Of a stretch of 64,000 nucleotides of DNA, positions 35,601 through 44,236 are shown piece by piece. Location of the stretch: contig JAQVYB010000002.1 of the NCBI GenBank assembly GCA_028708815.1, positions 1,495 to 65,494 on the forward strand, in the 5' to 3' direction. Positions within the stretch are counted from its first letter, which is position 1; each line of letters starts with the position of its first letter. The DNA is from Kiritimatiellia bacterium (GTDB lineage Bacteria; Verrucomicrobiota; Kiritimatiellia; RZYC01). Below the pieces are notes generated by a model. The model was not told the origin of the DNA, searched no databases, and worked only from the letters and a program-made list of their open reading frames with translations. Both the position numbers and the translations under genes were made by a program.

Positions 35601-38600
35601 GTCCAGTCACTTCCCGTCAGCATAATGTTATCATCATTGCCAATGCGCGAAGCGCGAAGCGCGCCATTCTCCACATTCCAGTTGGCGCAACCCGCCGCAC
35701 GCACCCAGCCGTCCGCATTGCCATCACTGAAGGTATCCGAGAACAGGCCGGGAACCGTCACGTTATCGAACGAGATATCCAGCTTGTTTCCCGGCTCATA
35801 ACCCATTGTTTCCAGCCAGTCAGCCACCGCATTCACCGTATCAAAATGACCGGGATAGGCCTGTTCCGTTTTCGATGAACGGAAAATGGCAATACGGGCC
35901 GGATAGGCATCCGCACGGGCCAGCGGTGTTGCTTCCCAGGGCAGATACTCATACAGATCTTCCCACTCGATATCGATCTGTACGCTGTCGCCTTTATCCA
36001 TCGTCTCCGGCAGTTCGCCCGTCGGGCGAACGCCCCACGTCAACTGAACGGCCTGTGGCACCGCTTCTTCTACCCGATTACTCGAAGCATCTTCCAGCCA
36101 GGCTGTGAACTCATACGCCCCGCCATCCACCGTGGAGATATAGTCCGAATCATTCAGATCCGCATTGGGAATCCAGATTTCAAACACATGCGTGCCACTG
36201 CCGGAAACGGCCGCCGTCAATTGCTGATAGATTTCATTGGGCTGGCTGTCGCCATTGTCACCCTTTTCATTGAAGGCCAGATTCAGCGTTAGGTCAGCCC
36301 GGGCCAGGCAGTCATATCGCACGATGACCTGATACACCTTGTCGCCAAACGGATGCACCAGCGCCGGAGCATCTTCAATCTGCACAATCTGACTCACCGT
36401 ATTCGTATCAAATACATGCAGGATTTCCATGCCGTCCGGAACCAGCGTCAACTCAGTCGTACCATCGCTGTTTTCTTCCAGTATTTTACCCGCTTCAAAG
36501 GCCTGGATTGTTTTACCGGCAAACAGATCGCTCTGAATGGTAAAGGTCTGCGAATCACCGCCCCCCGCATTGGTAAAGCTTGCGGGGAAATTGGTGTCCC
36601 ACATATAGTTTTTCACCTGCCACAGAGTAGAGTCATCCACCAACGTTCTGTATTCGACCATCGCCAGGTGGGAGTTGGATCCCTGAATTTCCAGCTGTGG
36701 CGCCACATCGAAGTAATTCTTCACCAGTGACTCAAAGATGTCGTAGCGCCATTTCCACGGAAGCACATCCATCTCGCGATCTTCATTGCCGTCCGGTTCA
36801 ACATCACCCACCCCATAGAGGAAAATGGCGGCTTTCCCTTTGCCGGCGCCATGATCTTTCACCACTACAGCCGGAGAGCGTGTCTTGCCATCCACATATA
36901 ATGATCCGCCCGGCGATGTGTTCCGAATGAAGATATCATCAGCCATGAAGCGTCCATCACCACTGGTGTGATCATTACAGCGAACCACAATGCGTGCCTT
37001 CGTCGCAGTCGTGGGCACGGTCGCCGTTCCTTCTGAATTGATCCAGGTGTTTTGCGGAGAGTTTGTGCTGATTGTTGGCGATGCCGCAATCGTCGAAAGC
37101 CTGGTTTCCCCATTATAGAATTCCAGTTCGACCGTGCCATATTTTGTACCGTCGCGTAACGGATCTGCCGTGTTCTCCATGGAGATCGTGGCCGAATCCC
37201 AATAGGTATCGAGATTATAATTTGTCCCGGCCGCGGCCACCATCACCAGACGCGCAAAGGCTGTGTTGGCCGGAGCCGTTCCGGATGCGGATAACACATG
37301 CCACGTATCCTGCCCGGAAGCGGCTGTAATTATCGCAGACGTGACCGCGCCCCCCAGATCAGAACCACCAGAGTTCTTCCACTCAAGGATAAGGTATGCC
37401 TGATCACCGTTCTGCATAGGATTTCCGGCCAGGCTCCAGTCATACATTTTCGCCTCAGCAGTATATTCATCTCCTTCTGCCGCATTGACGTCCTGATACA
37501 GGGTCATCTTCTGGTTCGGCCAGCCCTGGAAAATCTTGGCCGCCTTTGTACCATCATCCGCAAAATTATGGTTCTCACACCATGCGTTGCCATTGCCTGA
37601 TTTGGTCCAGAACGACGGCGGTGTCGTGCCGCTGCTATCTGCTTCAAAGCTGACATTCGATAGCGCCGGTGATTCCGCCGACCCGCCCGGCGTAAAGAAA
37701 TGCCCGCCGAAGACCAGCTGATCTCCACTGATGATGCTGTCCGTAACATCCTGATAAATACCGCCATCCCACCAGAAGGCCCAGGCGTTGTTCCCGGAAC
37801 GATAGTATTCGGTATCCGGATCATGCGAATCATTGTTCCATCCGGCCCAGCCGGTCGGTGCATCGCCCGACCCATCCAGTTCGCCATTCGACACCAGGTT
37901 CGGATGATGACTTGCATTAAATGCATACAGGTCATCCGCAAAGAACGTGCCATCGCCGGCCGAATAATCATTACACCGAACCAGCACACGGGTATTTACG
38001 GCATTCACAGGAACGATGAAATCACCCTCCGACAAAATCCATACCCCTTTGGCACTGTCTTTTGATATCGTTGGTGATGCGGAAACAGACGAAATCAGAT
38101 TGTTGGCGTCGTCACTGAATTCCACCTGAATCACACCATGTTTCGACCCATCGCGCAGCGGATCACCACTACTCGGATTCTGAAGCGTCAGGCTTACACT
38201 GTCCCAGTAAACCTGCACGTTGTTATTCGCCCCCGCAGCCAGTGCGAGTACCATTCTGGCAGATGCCGTATCGGCCGGTGCAGCCCCCGTCACAGAAAGC
38301 AGATGCCAACTGTCCTGCCCGGAGGCCGACGTGATTACGGATGACGTCACCGAGCCCGCCAGCAAAGAGCCCCCGGAATCGCGCCATTCAATAACGGTGT
38401 AGGCCTTATCACCACTCTCCATGGGGTTCCCCGACAAACTCCAATCATACACGTTGGCCGATGCAATAAATTCATCCCCTTCAGAAGCACCAAGTTCCTG
38501 ATAAAGCACCTGCGTATAATTGGCGTAGCCCTGATAGATTTTTGCTACTTTCGTTCCCGCGTCGGCAAACCCCTGAACTTCGCACCAGACGCTTCCGTTT

Positions 38601-41320
38601 CCTGCTTTTGTCCAGCCGGTCGGAGGAGAAACTCCGCTGCTGTCATCTTCAAAACCTGCGTTGGACAAGTCGGACGCAGCGCTGCCGCCGGCCTCCGTGT
38701 ATAACCAGCCACCAACCCGAAGCACATCACCTGCGGAAAAACCACTGTCAATGTCCTGATAAATGCCTCCATCCCACCAGAATTTCCAGGCATCGTTGCC
38801 CGAGTGCGTGATAGAGGTTTCCGGGTCATGCGAATCACTGTTCCAGTCCGACCACCCCGTCGGCGCGCTGCCGGTACCTGCCAACGTACCATTTGAAAGC
38901 AGGTTTGTGGATGCCGTCGCGACACGCGTAATCCGCCGCGCCGTCCAGGGTTGCCGCTCGGAGCGCTGGGCTCCGCCACCCGCAGGAGCAAGCCCATCCG
39001 CCGTGTATTTAACCCACGAATCATTCGGCGTGCTGCCGGTCAGCGGCTCGCTGTTTACCGTCGACATCAGCACATCCTCTTCATCCCGAAATTCAAGTTG
39101 AACCACGCCATATGCCCCGCCGCGTAACGGATCATCCGCGTTGCTGCGTAAATACTGGCTGTGCGAATAGCGTCCGTAGGGCACCACATCCCATTGATTC
39201 CAGAGACCCGCCTCACCCCACATCTGCACCATATTGCTGCCTTCATACACGCTGTCCCAGCCGGAGCGCACATGCGTCTCACCCCACTTGCCCCAGCCAT
39301 CGGCATTGGTATTGCAGGTTTCAAACCCCTTGTTGCGATGTGTATCCATGGTCGCCCACAGGGTGCCATCCGTCACTTCGATTTCATCACTGTACTTCCA
39401 GGTATAGGGCCTGTAGCTGTAATTCCCGTCCAAAGGACTGGCCGCACTTGCCGTAAACTGAACATCAACCGGCGTCCAGTACCACGAAATATATTCCTGT
39501 CGCCTGTTCGGAAATTCGTAGCCGCCGATATCACTTGCATCAATACCGAACAGGTCATCCAGCTTTTCTGCAAAATCCGCATATTCTTTCCCATGCTGAT
39601 CCTGCAAGCCGGGCAGATCTGCCGTAGCAATCACATTCACTCCCGCAGGAATGACGTTACTGACAATGAAATCGATCACCCCCATACCTGAATTCGGCAC
39701 TTCGTTTTCAACACGCATATTACGGGGAAGAATAAGCACGCTGTAGTTCGTATAAACATGGTTCGCCAAATCATCGAGATTCATGAAGTTGGGCTCATAT
39801 CCCAGTCGCTCCAGGGCGCCGGCAATCTGCTGCATTTCACATTCGTAGCGATTATATTGCGAATCATTCGCGGCCGTCCACAGAAAGGCAATATCGGGTT
39901 TAGGATCTTCAGATCCCATCAACAAATCCTGAATATCCACCTGATCCATCAGCGTAAACGTATTGCGGTTTTCCCAGAATGCCGGTTTAATGCGCCGATC
40001 CGCATAGAGAATACCAAAGCCTTTTTCACGCTCGGTGATATATGGACGATCCATCCACGAAAAGATATGCGTTCCGATCGCGCCGGCTTCAAGACTTTCC
40101 CACAGCGCGTTGTCAATCAACTGGCCCTGCCGATGGATGTCCATATGCGGCCACATCGTCTCCGAACTCGAAAACCCGGTCTCGGAATAGAGTACCGGCA
40201 CGCCGTTCGGTTGAGCCCCCGACCGCGTGGCGAATTTGGTGAACGAGATGCCCCACTGGCCGTTTTGCGATTCATGCCCCAGAATCGACCACGGATAATT
40301 ATTCACAGAAAAGAAATCAATCGGGGCCCCGACTTCCGCTGCTTTCTGCGTAATTTTGCCTCGGTCTTCCGCATGATAACGCCAGTCTTCTTCGCCCCAC
40401 TGCATGCCTACGGTCGAATAAGAAATCAAGTGATTGGTATCAGCGGCTTTGGACGCCGCAGCACTGGCCGCCGTAAACCCGGCAATCGAATCTTCACGGA
40501 ACTGAACCATATCCGCCCACTGTGCTCCCGGCGGACCATAAGCACGGTACTGCTCAATAAAAACAATATCTTCAAAGCTGCTGTACGAAGACCCCCACGT
40601 CGCATTCACCTGTTCGATGGTCGAATATTCATTGGAACACCACACGCGGAAAGCCTGCTCGGTTTCGTCATCATATCCATCCGGCAAACCACTCCACAAC
40701 CCAAGATAGCCATACTCATTGCCTACGACCCAGCCCACAATGGCTTTATTGGTACTGTAGCGCGAACACACCTGATAAATCCAGTTGGAATACTGTGCAC
40801 GTGCCTCAGGATGTTCATAGTTGATAATGTCCGACTGCCAGCGGTTGGTGTGTTCAATTCCTTCTGAATCCAGCTCCGGCGGATGCTTTGTATACCATTC
40901 ATCCGGAAACCAGTTCGGCGGCCACTGATAGCCCACCAAGGCAAAAATACGAATGTTGCGTTCTTCACACGCCTTCACAAAATAATCATAATTGTCCCAG
41001 CTGAAGATATCATCCCCCAACTCCTCTGCATGCTGCCAGACAATGTCAATGCGAACACTGTTCGCGCCCATCTTCACCATCTCGTCCAGATCGTAGTCAA
41101 CCTGCTCGAAGGTCTGCCAAACGCCCAGGGGGCGATTCCACGTCTGATACGCGATACCATGGGGAACCCAGGCCTCGCCTGTGGTCCGGTCGAAAAAATA
41201 GCCGTTCGTTATGCCAATGAATCCCTCAAAGGCCTGTCCCACTACCGTGAAAAGCAGCAGAAACAGAAGGACTAAACTTGAAATGACTAATGAACCACCC
41301 GCGGAATGACCTGAACGCAT
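32660..41320 (-). CDS. giant (2886 aa) surface protein: GH-A clan (GH42-like) glycosidase + CBM-like modules + LamG/DUF1080-like domains
   Basis: ATG 41320 with AAGGAGG SD and signal/anchor LVISSLVLLFLLLFTVVG. (beta/alpha)8 motifs MVKMGANSVRIDIVW and VGWVVGNEYG. Repeated CBM-like units follow. Two DUF1080/LamG-like segments (FSDGNADGWV...NWNVENGALRA; FDDGNYTGWTV...SWSVTDGALRA). Confidence 0.7.
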   Translation of the reverse strand: MRSGHSAGGSLVISSLVLLFLLLFTVVGQAFEGFIGITNGYFFDRTTGEAWVPHGIAYQTWNRPLGVWQTFEQVDYDLDEMVKMGANSVRIDIVWQHAEELGDDIFSWDNYDYFVKACEERNIRIFALVGYQWPPNWFPDEWYTKHPPELDSEGIEHTNRWQSDIINYEHPEARAQYSNWIYQVCSRYSTNKAIVGWVVGNEYGYLGLWSGLPDGYDDETEQAFRVWCSNEYSTIEQVNATWGSSYSSFEDIVFIEQYRAYGPPGAQWADMVQFREDSIAGFTAASAAASKAADTNHLISYSTVGMQWGEEDWRYHAEDRGKITQKAAEVGAPIDFFSVNNYPWSILGHESQNGQWGISFTKFATRSGAQPNGVPVLYSETGFSSSETMWPHMDIHRQGQLIDNALWESLEAGAIGTHIFSWMDRPYITEREKGFGILYADRRIKPAFWENRNTFTLMDQVDIQDLLMGSEDPKPDIAFLWTAANDSQYNRYECEMQQIAGALERLGYEPNFMNLDDLANHVYTNYSVLILPRNMRVENEVPNSGMGVIDFIVSNVIPAGVNVIATADLPGLQDQHGKEYADFAEKLDDLFGIDASDIGGYEFPNRRQEYISWYWTPVDVQFTASAASPLDGNYSYRPYTWKYSDEIEVTDGTLWATMDTHRNKGFETCNTNADGWGKWGETHVRSGWDSVYEGSNMVQMWGEAGLWNQWDVVPYGRYSHSQYLRSNADDPLRGGAYGVVQLEFRDEEDVLMSTVNSEPLTGSTPNDSWVKYTADGLAPAGGGAQRSERQPWTARRITRVATASTNLLSNGTLAGTGSAPTGWSDWNSDSHDPETSITHSGNDAWKFWWDGGIYQDIDSGFSAGDVLRVGGWLYTEAGGSAASDLSNAGFEDDSSGVSPPTGWTKAGNGSVWCEVQGFADAGTKVAKIYQGYANYTQVLYQELGASEGDEFIASANVYDWSLSGNPMESGDKAYTVIEWRDSGGSLLAGSVTSSVITSASGQDSWHLLSVTGAAPADTASARMVLALAAGANNNVQVYWDSVSLTLQNPSSGDPLRDGSKHGVIQVEFSDDANNLISSVSASPTISKDSAKGVWILSEGDFIVPVNAVNTRVLVRCNDYSAGDGTFFADDLYAFNASHHPNLVSNGELDGSGDAPTGWAGWNNDSHDPDTEYYRSGNNAWAFWWDGGIYQDVTDSIISGDQLVFGGHFFTPGGSAESPALSNVSFEADSSGTTPPSFWTKSGNGNAWCENHNFADDGTKAAKIFQGWPNQKMTLYQDVNAAEGDEYTAEAKMYDWSLAGNPMQNGDQAYLILEWKNSGGSDLGGAVTSAIITAASGQDTWHVLSASGTAPANTAFARLVMVAAAGTNYNLDTYWDSATISMENTADPLRDGTKYGTVELEFYNGETRLSTIAASPTISTNSPQNTWINSEGTATVPTTATKARIVVRCNDHTSGDGRFMADDIFIRNTSPGGSLYVDGKTRSPAVVVKDHGAGKGKAAIFLYGVGDVEPDGNEDREMDVLPWKWRYDIFESLVKNYFDVAPQLEIQGSNSHLAMVEYRTLVDDSTLWQVKNYMWDTNFPASFTNAGGGDSQTFTIQSDLFAGKTIQAFEAGKILEENSDGTTELTLVPDGMEILHVFDTNTVSQIVQIEDAPALVHPFGDKVYQVIVRYDCLARADLTLNLAFNEKGDNGDSQPNEIYQQLTAAVSGSGTHVFEIWIPNADLNDSDYISTVDGGAYEFTAWLEDASSNRVEEAVPQAVQLTWGVRPTGELPETMDKGDSVQIDIEWEDLYEYLPWEATPLARADAYPARIAIFRSSKTEQAYPGHFDTVNAVADWLETMGYEPGNKLDISFDNVTVPGLFSDTFSDGNADGWVRAAGCANWNVENGALRASRIGNDDNIMLTGSDWTNYSVRVDITYNEQGHYLNDAEVYLRYVDRNNFVKVGIENFFGFWRLKRTVRIDADNAETSWLFDFQKTNSPVEDVTYNLRVDATGGVFDVYFNGAYVNTFVDTTFSAGKIGVGTKATQLGIWEPRKGYYFIDDDEYSYYGGIDTTVTEASPLNLDYGYLVGFFPTLMLPGTYVMSDVEVSNVVTWIDSGLNSLIVLDGGVACENELGVSDMGRIEELLGVAASVTVVSNLTSATVGDDGHYATLDYDTGDTISISGNAFAYNSLLSSAVDVLTLDNGTVAVPGLILNQRADHPDSPSKVIVFNFDAASGGQLTNTFSMPAQRAFEWARGEAYQVTLELKYDTQSTNAFDFVILKTTGWLLTGSGTNTLMVDIPENNIMTGDNLYWVMYVHPWDSTDPWRDHGGFYTSEDEAGAPLYTSLSGVGLQVLGITDVAYAGRDWDKWIAYNTRTQELVLAYGLKDKGVIDIQDHFDDGNYTGWTVSPNANISWSVTDGALRASVSGAGGESYITRNGLALNNTNITFEYDVLFENGAASGGIIYRGVKLDLNPTRCGWVDDDPNYTNNPLTTGVWYHVVVNLRDGNPYMRSDVRVGNELVFVTEDIEVTNFNSNTIGLIAPTMTGYAAWDNIRVVDEEYAVVWSTVNGVSFPTNDVPTGTWPTVPDYDPNMIEHGGANEGCQYEWFIHFKGKDGVYARQDVNIYFSPRLMVESSNFPTRMARGETVTVPVEWEGLGTGSAGKLKLSLEDPYLGTNAARGTFDITNATGTAEFELTIDAGAAAGKNYNWLAYFYPTTATNPMLQRIGLDDTFCFQPVEMGAPIAPETTIEVTSIVDGDFVVYSDAGIPADSDLFTWSGGGGTWDSEFTIWPAAEGVETFYTLNFLSYIGWGIFDTGGVDLSAYTNGYLKFSLFALDTMKVEIEDMDGHKGTANVGPTSIYWTHYSIPMTNFPAVDFSRIKGMFMITSYDAAEYIVDQIRWSNTAD
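36920..38908 (-). repeat. internal tandem duplication of a ~336-aa three-module unit in the giant protein
   Basis: Unit 1 starts at TNLLSNGTLAGTGSAPTGWSDWNSDSHDP (about 38908). Unit 2 starts at PNLVSNGELDGSGDAPTGWAGWNNDSHDP (about 37900). Both end with ...RCND(Y/H).(A/S)GDG.F.ADD. Confidence 0.75.
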
Positions 41321-41371
41321 GACCAGCCTCCTTCTTTCTTTTACACACACCACCCTTCAGACAGTACTAGT

Positions 41372-41400
41372 ATTATGAAGCATAGCACTTCGGGGGTCAA
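41372..41400 (-). promoter_or_regulatory. sigma70-type promoter candidate for the giant gene
   Basis: Minus strand reads TTGACC-17 nt-CATAAT in an AT-rich stretch, about 45 nt upstream of ATG 41320. Confidence 0.4.
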
Positions 41401-41440
41401 ATATATATACTGGAATAATCCTGGTAGTTATATATGAGGG

Positions 41441-41492
41441 TAAAAAAGGCTCTTTTCAGCGATTTCGTTGGTTTTTTACCGCAAAAAGAGCC
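41441..41492 (-). terminator. candidate intrinsic terminator after the 226-aa gene
   Basis: Minus strand reads GGCTCTTTT-26 nt loop-AAAAGAGCC followed by TTTTTT. The stop codon lies in the loop. Confidence 0.45.
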
Positions 41493-42156
41493 AGGAATCC
41501 GGTTCGAGGCCGAGGCGCAGCATGTCGCCGACGAGGTTTTGAAGCGGGTGGGTTTCTTTCAAGGGCGGTTGCTCAAGGGGGGAATAGGCGAAACGATACA
41601 AAACAAGCCCGGCGCGAATCAGGGCGGATGGCCAGTCCATGGATTCCGGCGCTTCGTCCCTTTTCGCGGTCAGGAACCCGGCGTCGGCGGGCAGCGCCCG
41701 CTTGCAGGAAAAAATACCGGTACCGACGGCGGCTGCATCCGTGATCAGATCGTTGTCTTTCGCGGGTACGCGGATGGCCGAGGGGGCGATTCCGACCGGT
41801 CCGAGAATGGCCGTGTGTGGTTCCAGGTGCCGGGCGTGCAGCCTGAAATGTTCCACCAGCAGAAACGGGTCCGCATGGGCCTCTTCTTCGAGAAAAAGGG
41901 CCAGCGGAGGCTCGATACCGGTGGCCGCGTGACGCAGGGCCGCCAGGCGGTCGGCTTCGGGATGCTGGATGATTCGAAGGTGGAGGGTGGAGGCGCATCC
42001 GGCCAGATTTTCGTGGATGAATCCAGGGGGCGAGGTGGTGATGAGTGTGACGAAGAAAGGCGGCGCGGCCACCTGAGATGCCAGGGCTTCAAGTAGATCG
42101 CGCGGAAGATACGGGCGGCGCATAGTCAGAATTACTTCGACGAGCGGACGGTTCAT
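41476..42156 (-). CDS. hypothetical protein, possibly divergent GT-A-like
   Basis: 226-aa ORF translationally coupled (ATGA) to the upstream GT1 gene. The N-terminal VEVILTMRRP is only weakly GT2-like. Confidence 0.35.
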   Translation of the reverse strand: MNRPLVEVILTMRRPYLPRDLLEALASQVAAPPFFVTLITTSPPGFIHENLAGCASTLHLRIIQHPEADRLAALRHAATGIEPPLALFLEEEAHADPFLLVEHFRLHARHLEPHTAILGPVGIAPSAIRVPAKDNDLITDAAAVGTGIFSCKRALPADAGFLTAKRDEAPESMDWPSALIRAGLVLYRFAYSPLEQPPLKETHPLQNLVGDMLRLGLEPDSWLFLR

Positions 42157-43349
42157 GTCGTTTTCCCCCCGGTTGCTTCAAGGACTTCGGCGAGTGCCGC
42201 TTCGGCCTGTTGGGTGGAAAAATGGGTTTCGATATGCTCAAGGGCCTTTTCGCGGAGTCGGCTCCAGAGGGTTTCGTCGGCATGCAGGCGGACGACCTGT
42301 GCGGCGAAGGCTTCCGGGGTATCGGCGATGAGGGCGGTGCGTTCGTGCTCGAGCGACATCCCTTCGGCGCCGATGGTCGTGGTGACCACGGGGAGCCCGT
42401 ATCCCATGGCCTGTCCGATTTTGCCCTTCATTCCCGCGCCGGCCCGAAGAGGTGCGATGAACAGGCGCGCGTCATTAAAGCAGGGCTCGACCTGCGGCAC
42501 GAATCCCGCCACGCGCACCTGCTGCGATTGCAGCGCCTGAATCTCGGGCGTGGGGTTGCTGCCCACAATGGTTAGGCGGATGTCCGGGAGGGTTTCGGCG
42601 ATCAGCGGAAGCACATCGCTCGCAAACCAGCGCATGGCATCGCCATTGGGCGTATGCTCGAATCCGCCGATGAACATCAACCCGTCGCGCTCGGAAAAAG
42701 GACGGGGCAGCGCATTGATTTCATGAATATTGTGCAGCAGGTGAACGCGGGTGCCGGGCCATCGTTCGAGGATGATGTGGCGTTCATCTTCCGTGATGGC
42801 CAGCACGGCATCGGCGTGCGGGATCAGGAGTGATTCCATTCGGAAGTCGTGATGGGCGAGGATGCGCAGGGCGGGATTTTGCTCGGCGTCGGACTGCCGC
42901 AGACGCCGCATCCAGTGGAGGTCCACCGTATCGTAAATCAGGGGCACATCAGGTATGAACACCTGGAAGGCCATCAGATAGCGTACGCCCACATGCGGTT
43001 TGGATGCGATCACCGCCTGATAGGCGCCTCTGTTTTTTTTCAGGTGCGCGAGGGCGTTTTCCCTTCCTGCGATGGTGCGGATTCCCTTGGCTTCGAGGAT
43101 TTGGCGATAGGTCTCTGGTGCGCCGGCATCGTCGGCCACGAAGGTGACGTGGAACCCGAGGCGGATCAGGGCCTCAAGCATCCCGGTCATGCGGACGGAA
43201 CCGGAGTCCTGGTCCGGCGTGGGCCAGCGGTAATCCACCACCAGGATAGCGGGAGCGACGGGGGTGAAGTCGGAAAACGTCGGCGCTGCCGCCTTCGGTT
43301 CGGGCAGGCGACGGAAAAGACGCGACAGGTGTTCCCTGATTCGTTTCAT
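42153..43349 (-). CDS. family 1 (GT4-like) glycosyltransferase
   Basis: FIGGFEHTPNGDAM...RLFIAPLRAGAGMKGKIGQAMGYGLPVVTTTIGAEGM is a GT-B C-terminal signature. The start is placed at M87 (ATG 43349), because the longer ORF overlaps a convincing plus-strand membrane ORF. Confidence 0.75.
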   Translation of the reverse strand: MKRIREHLSRLFRRLPEPKAAAPTFSDFTPVAPAILVVDYRWPTPDQDSGSVRMTGMLEALIRLGFHVTFVADDAGAPETYRQILEAKGIRTIAGRENALAHLKKNRGAYQAVIASKPHVGVRYLMAFQVFIPDVPLIYDTVDLHWMRRLRQSDAEQNPALRILAHHDFRMESLLIPHADAVLAITEDERHIILERWPGTRVHLLHNIHEINALPRPFSERDGLMFIGGFEHTPNGDAMRWFASDVLPLIAETLPDIRLTIVGSNPTPEIQALQSQQVRVAGFVPQVEPCFNDARLFIAPLRAGAGMKGKIGQAMGYGLPVVTTTIGAEGMSLEHERTALIADTPEAFAAQVVRLHADETLWSRLREKALEHIETHFSTQQAEAALAEVLEATGGKTT

Positions 43350-43506
43350 CGGCGTATCTTCGTGTACGCCTCCGGAATTATCAAGCGTGGGGCGTGAAAA
43401 TATGCCTTCTTTGGAGTCTGGGTGCTGTTTTTTATTGCCAAGAACGATCCAACGAGGGTACTCGTGTGGATCAAATTCAGCCGCAATCCCGGAGTCGGTG
43501 TCCCGC

Positions 43507-44203
43507 ATGTCATGTATTCCGCATATCCTTCGAACAAACAAAACAGCGTTTATCATCGCCGGCGTTCTGTTGCCGGCGTTGCTGGCCGTCAAGCTGTGGA
43601 CGGCCATTATTTATAACGGTCCGATTTTGTTTTTTGATGAGCTTTTATATAAGCAAAACGCGCTATATATGTTGAAAGGGCAATACGCCAATGCGCATTA
43701 CCCGCCGCTTTATTCCATTTTCCTGTTACCGGCGTTTTTGGCTGGGCCCCGTTTTTACCTCTGGATGAAGGTGATCAATGTATTTATATCGATGTTTACG
43801 GCCTGGCCTGCCTTTTTGCTGGCTCGGCGTTTTCTTTCGAAAGAGAAGAGCGTGTTTATCGCCCTGCTGTTTCATTCTGTTCTCCGCGCTGGCTTGGCAA
43901 CCGCTGTATCATTGGGTTCATGAACATCCTCAGGCACTGGTCCGTTATGTGGGGGATCATCTGCAAGGCCGGGATAAAATCATTTATCACAATACCCTCT
44001 CCGAAAATTATCAGATCAGGGATTATCTGACATTCTGGAATTACGACATTCGTGACGTGGACCGGGCGGATGAGCCGACGGATTGTACCGATGACGGCTA
44101 TTTGATTACCTCCCGAAATTACGATGCCAGGCGTTATGAATACCAGGCATACGGACAGACGATGTATATCTATGAAACACCGCTGCCGGGGGATGCATAT
44201 TGA
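43507..44203 (+). pseudogene. truncated/frameshifted ArnT/PMT-like (GT-C) membrane glycosyltransferase remnant
   Basis: Frame 1 (43507-43923) encodes an ArnT-like N-terminus (AFIIAGVLLPALLAVKLW...FFDELLYKQNA...YPPLYSIFLLPAFL). The reading continues in frame 2 (43778-44203). Total length is about 230 aa against about 500 for the family. Confidence 0.4.
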
Positions 44204-44236
44204 GAAGCGGCATGCTTTGTGAAAGAGAGATTCTGT

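Noticed and set aside
28942-41320. The giant proteins as type I secretion substrates of the adjacent HlyD/TolC pair.
   Set aside because: Both proteins have N-terminal Sec-type signal or anchor sequences. Both lack RTX nonapeptide repeats and an obvious C-terminal T1SS signal, and no ABC exporter gene is present.
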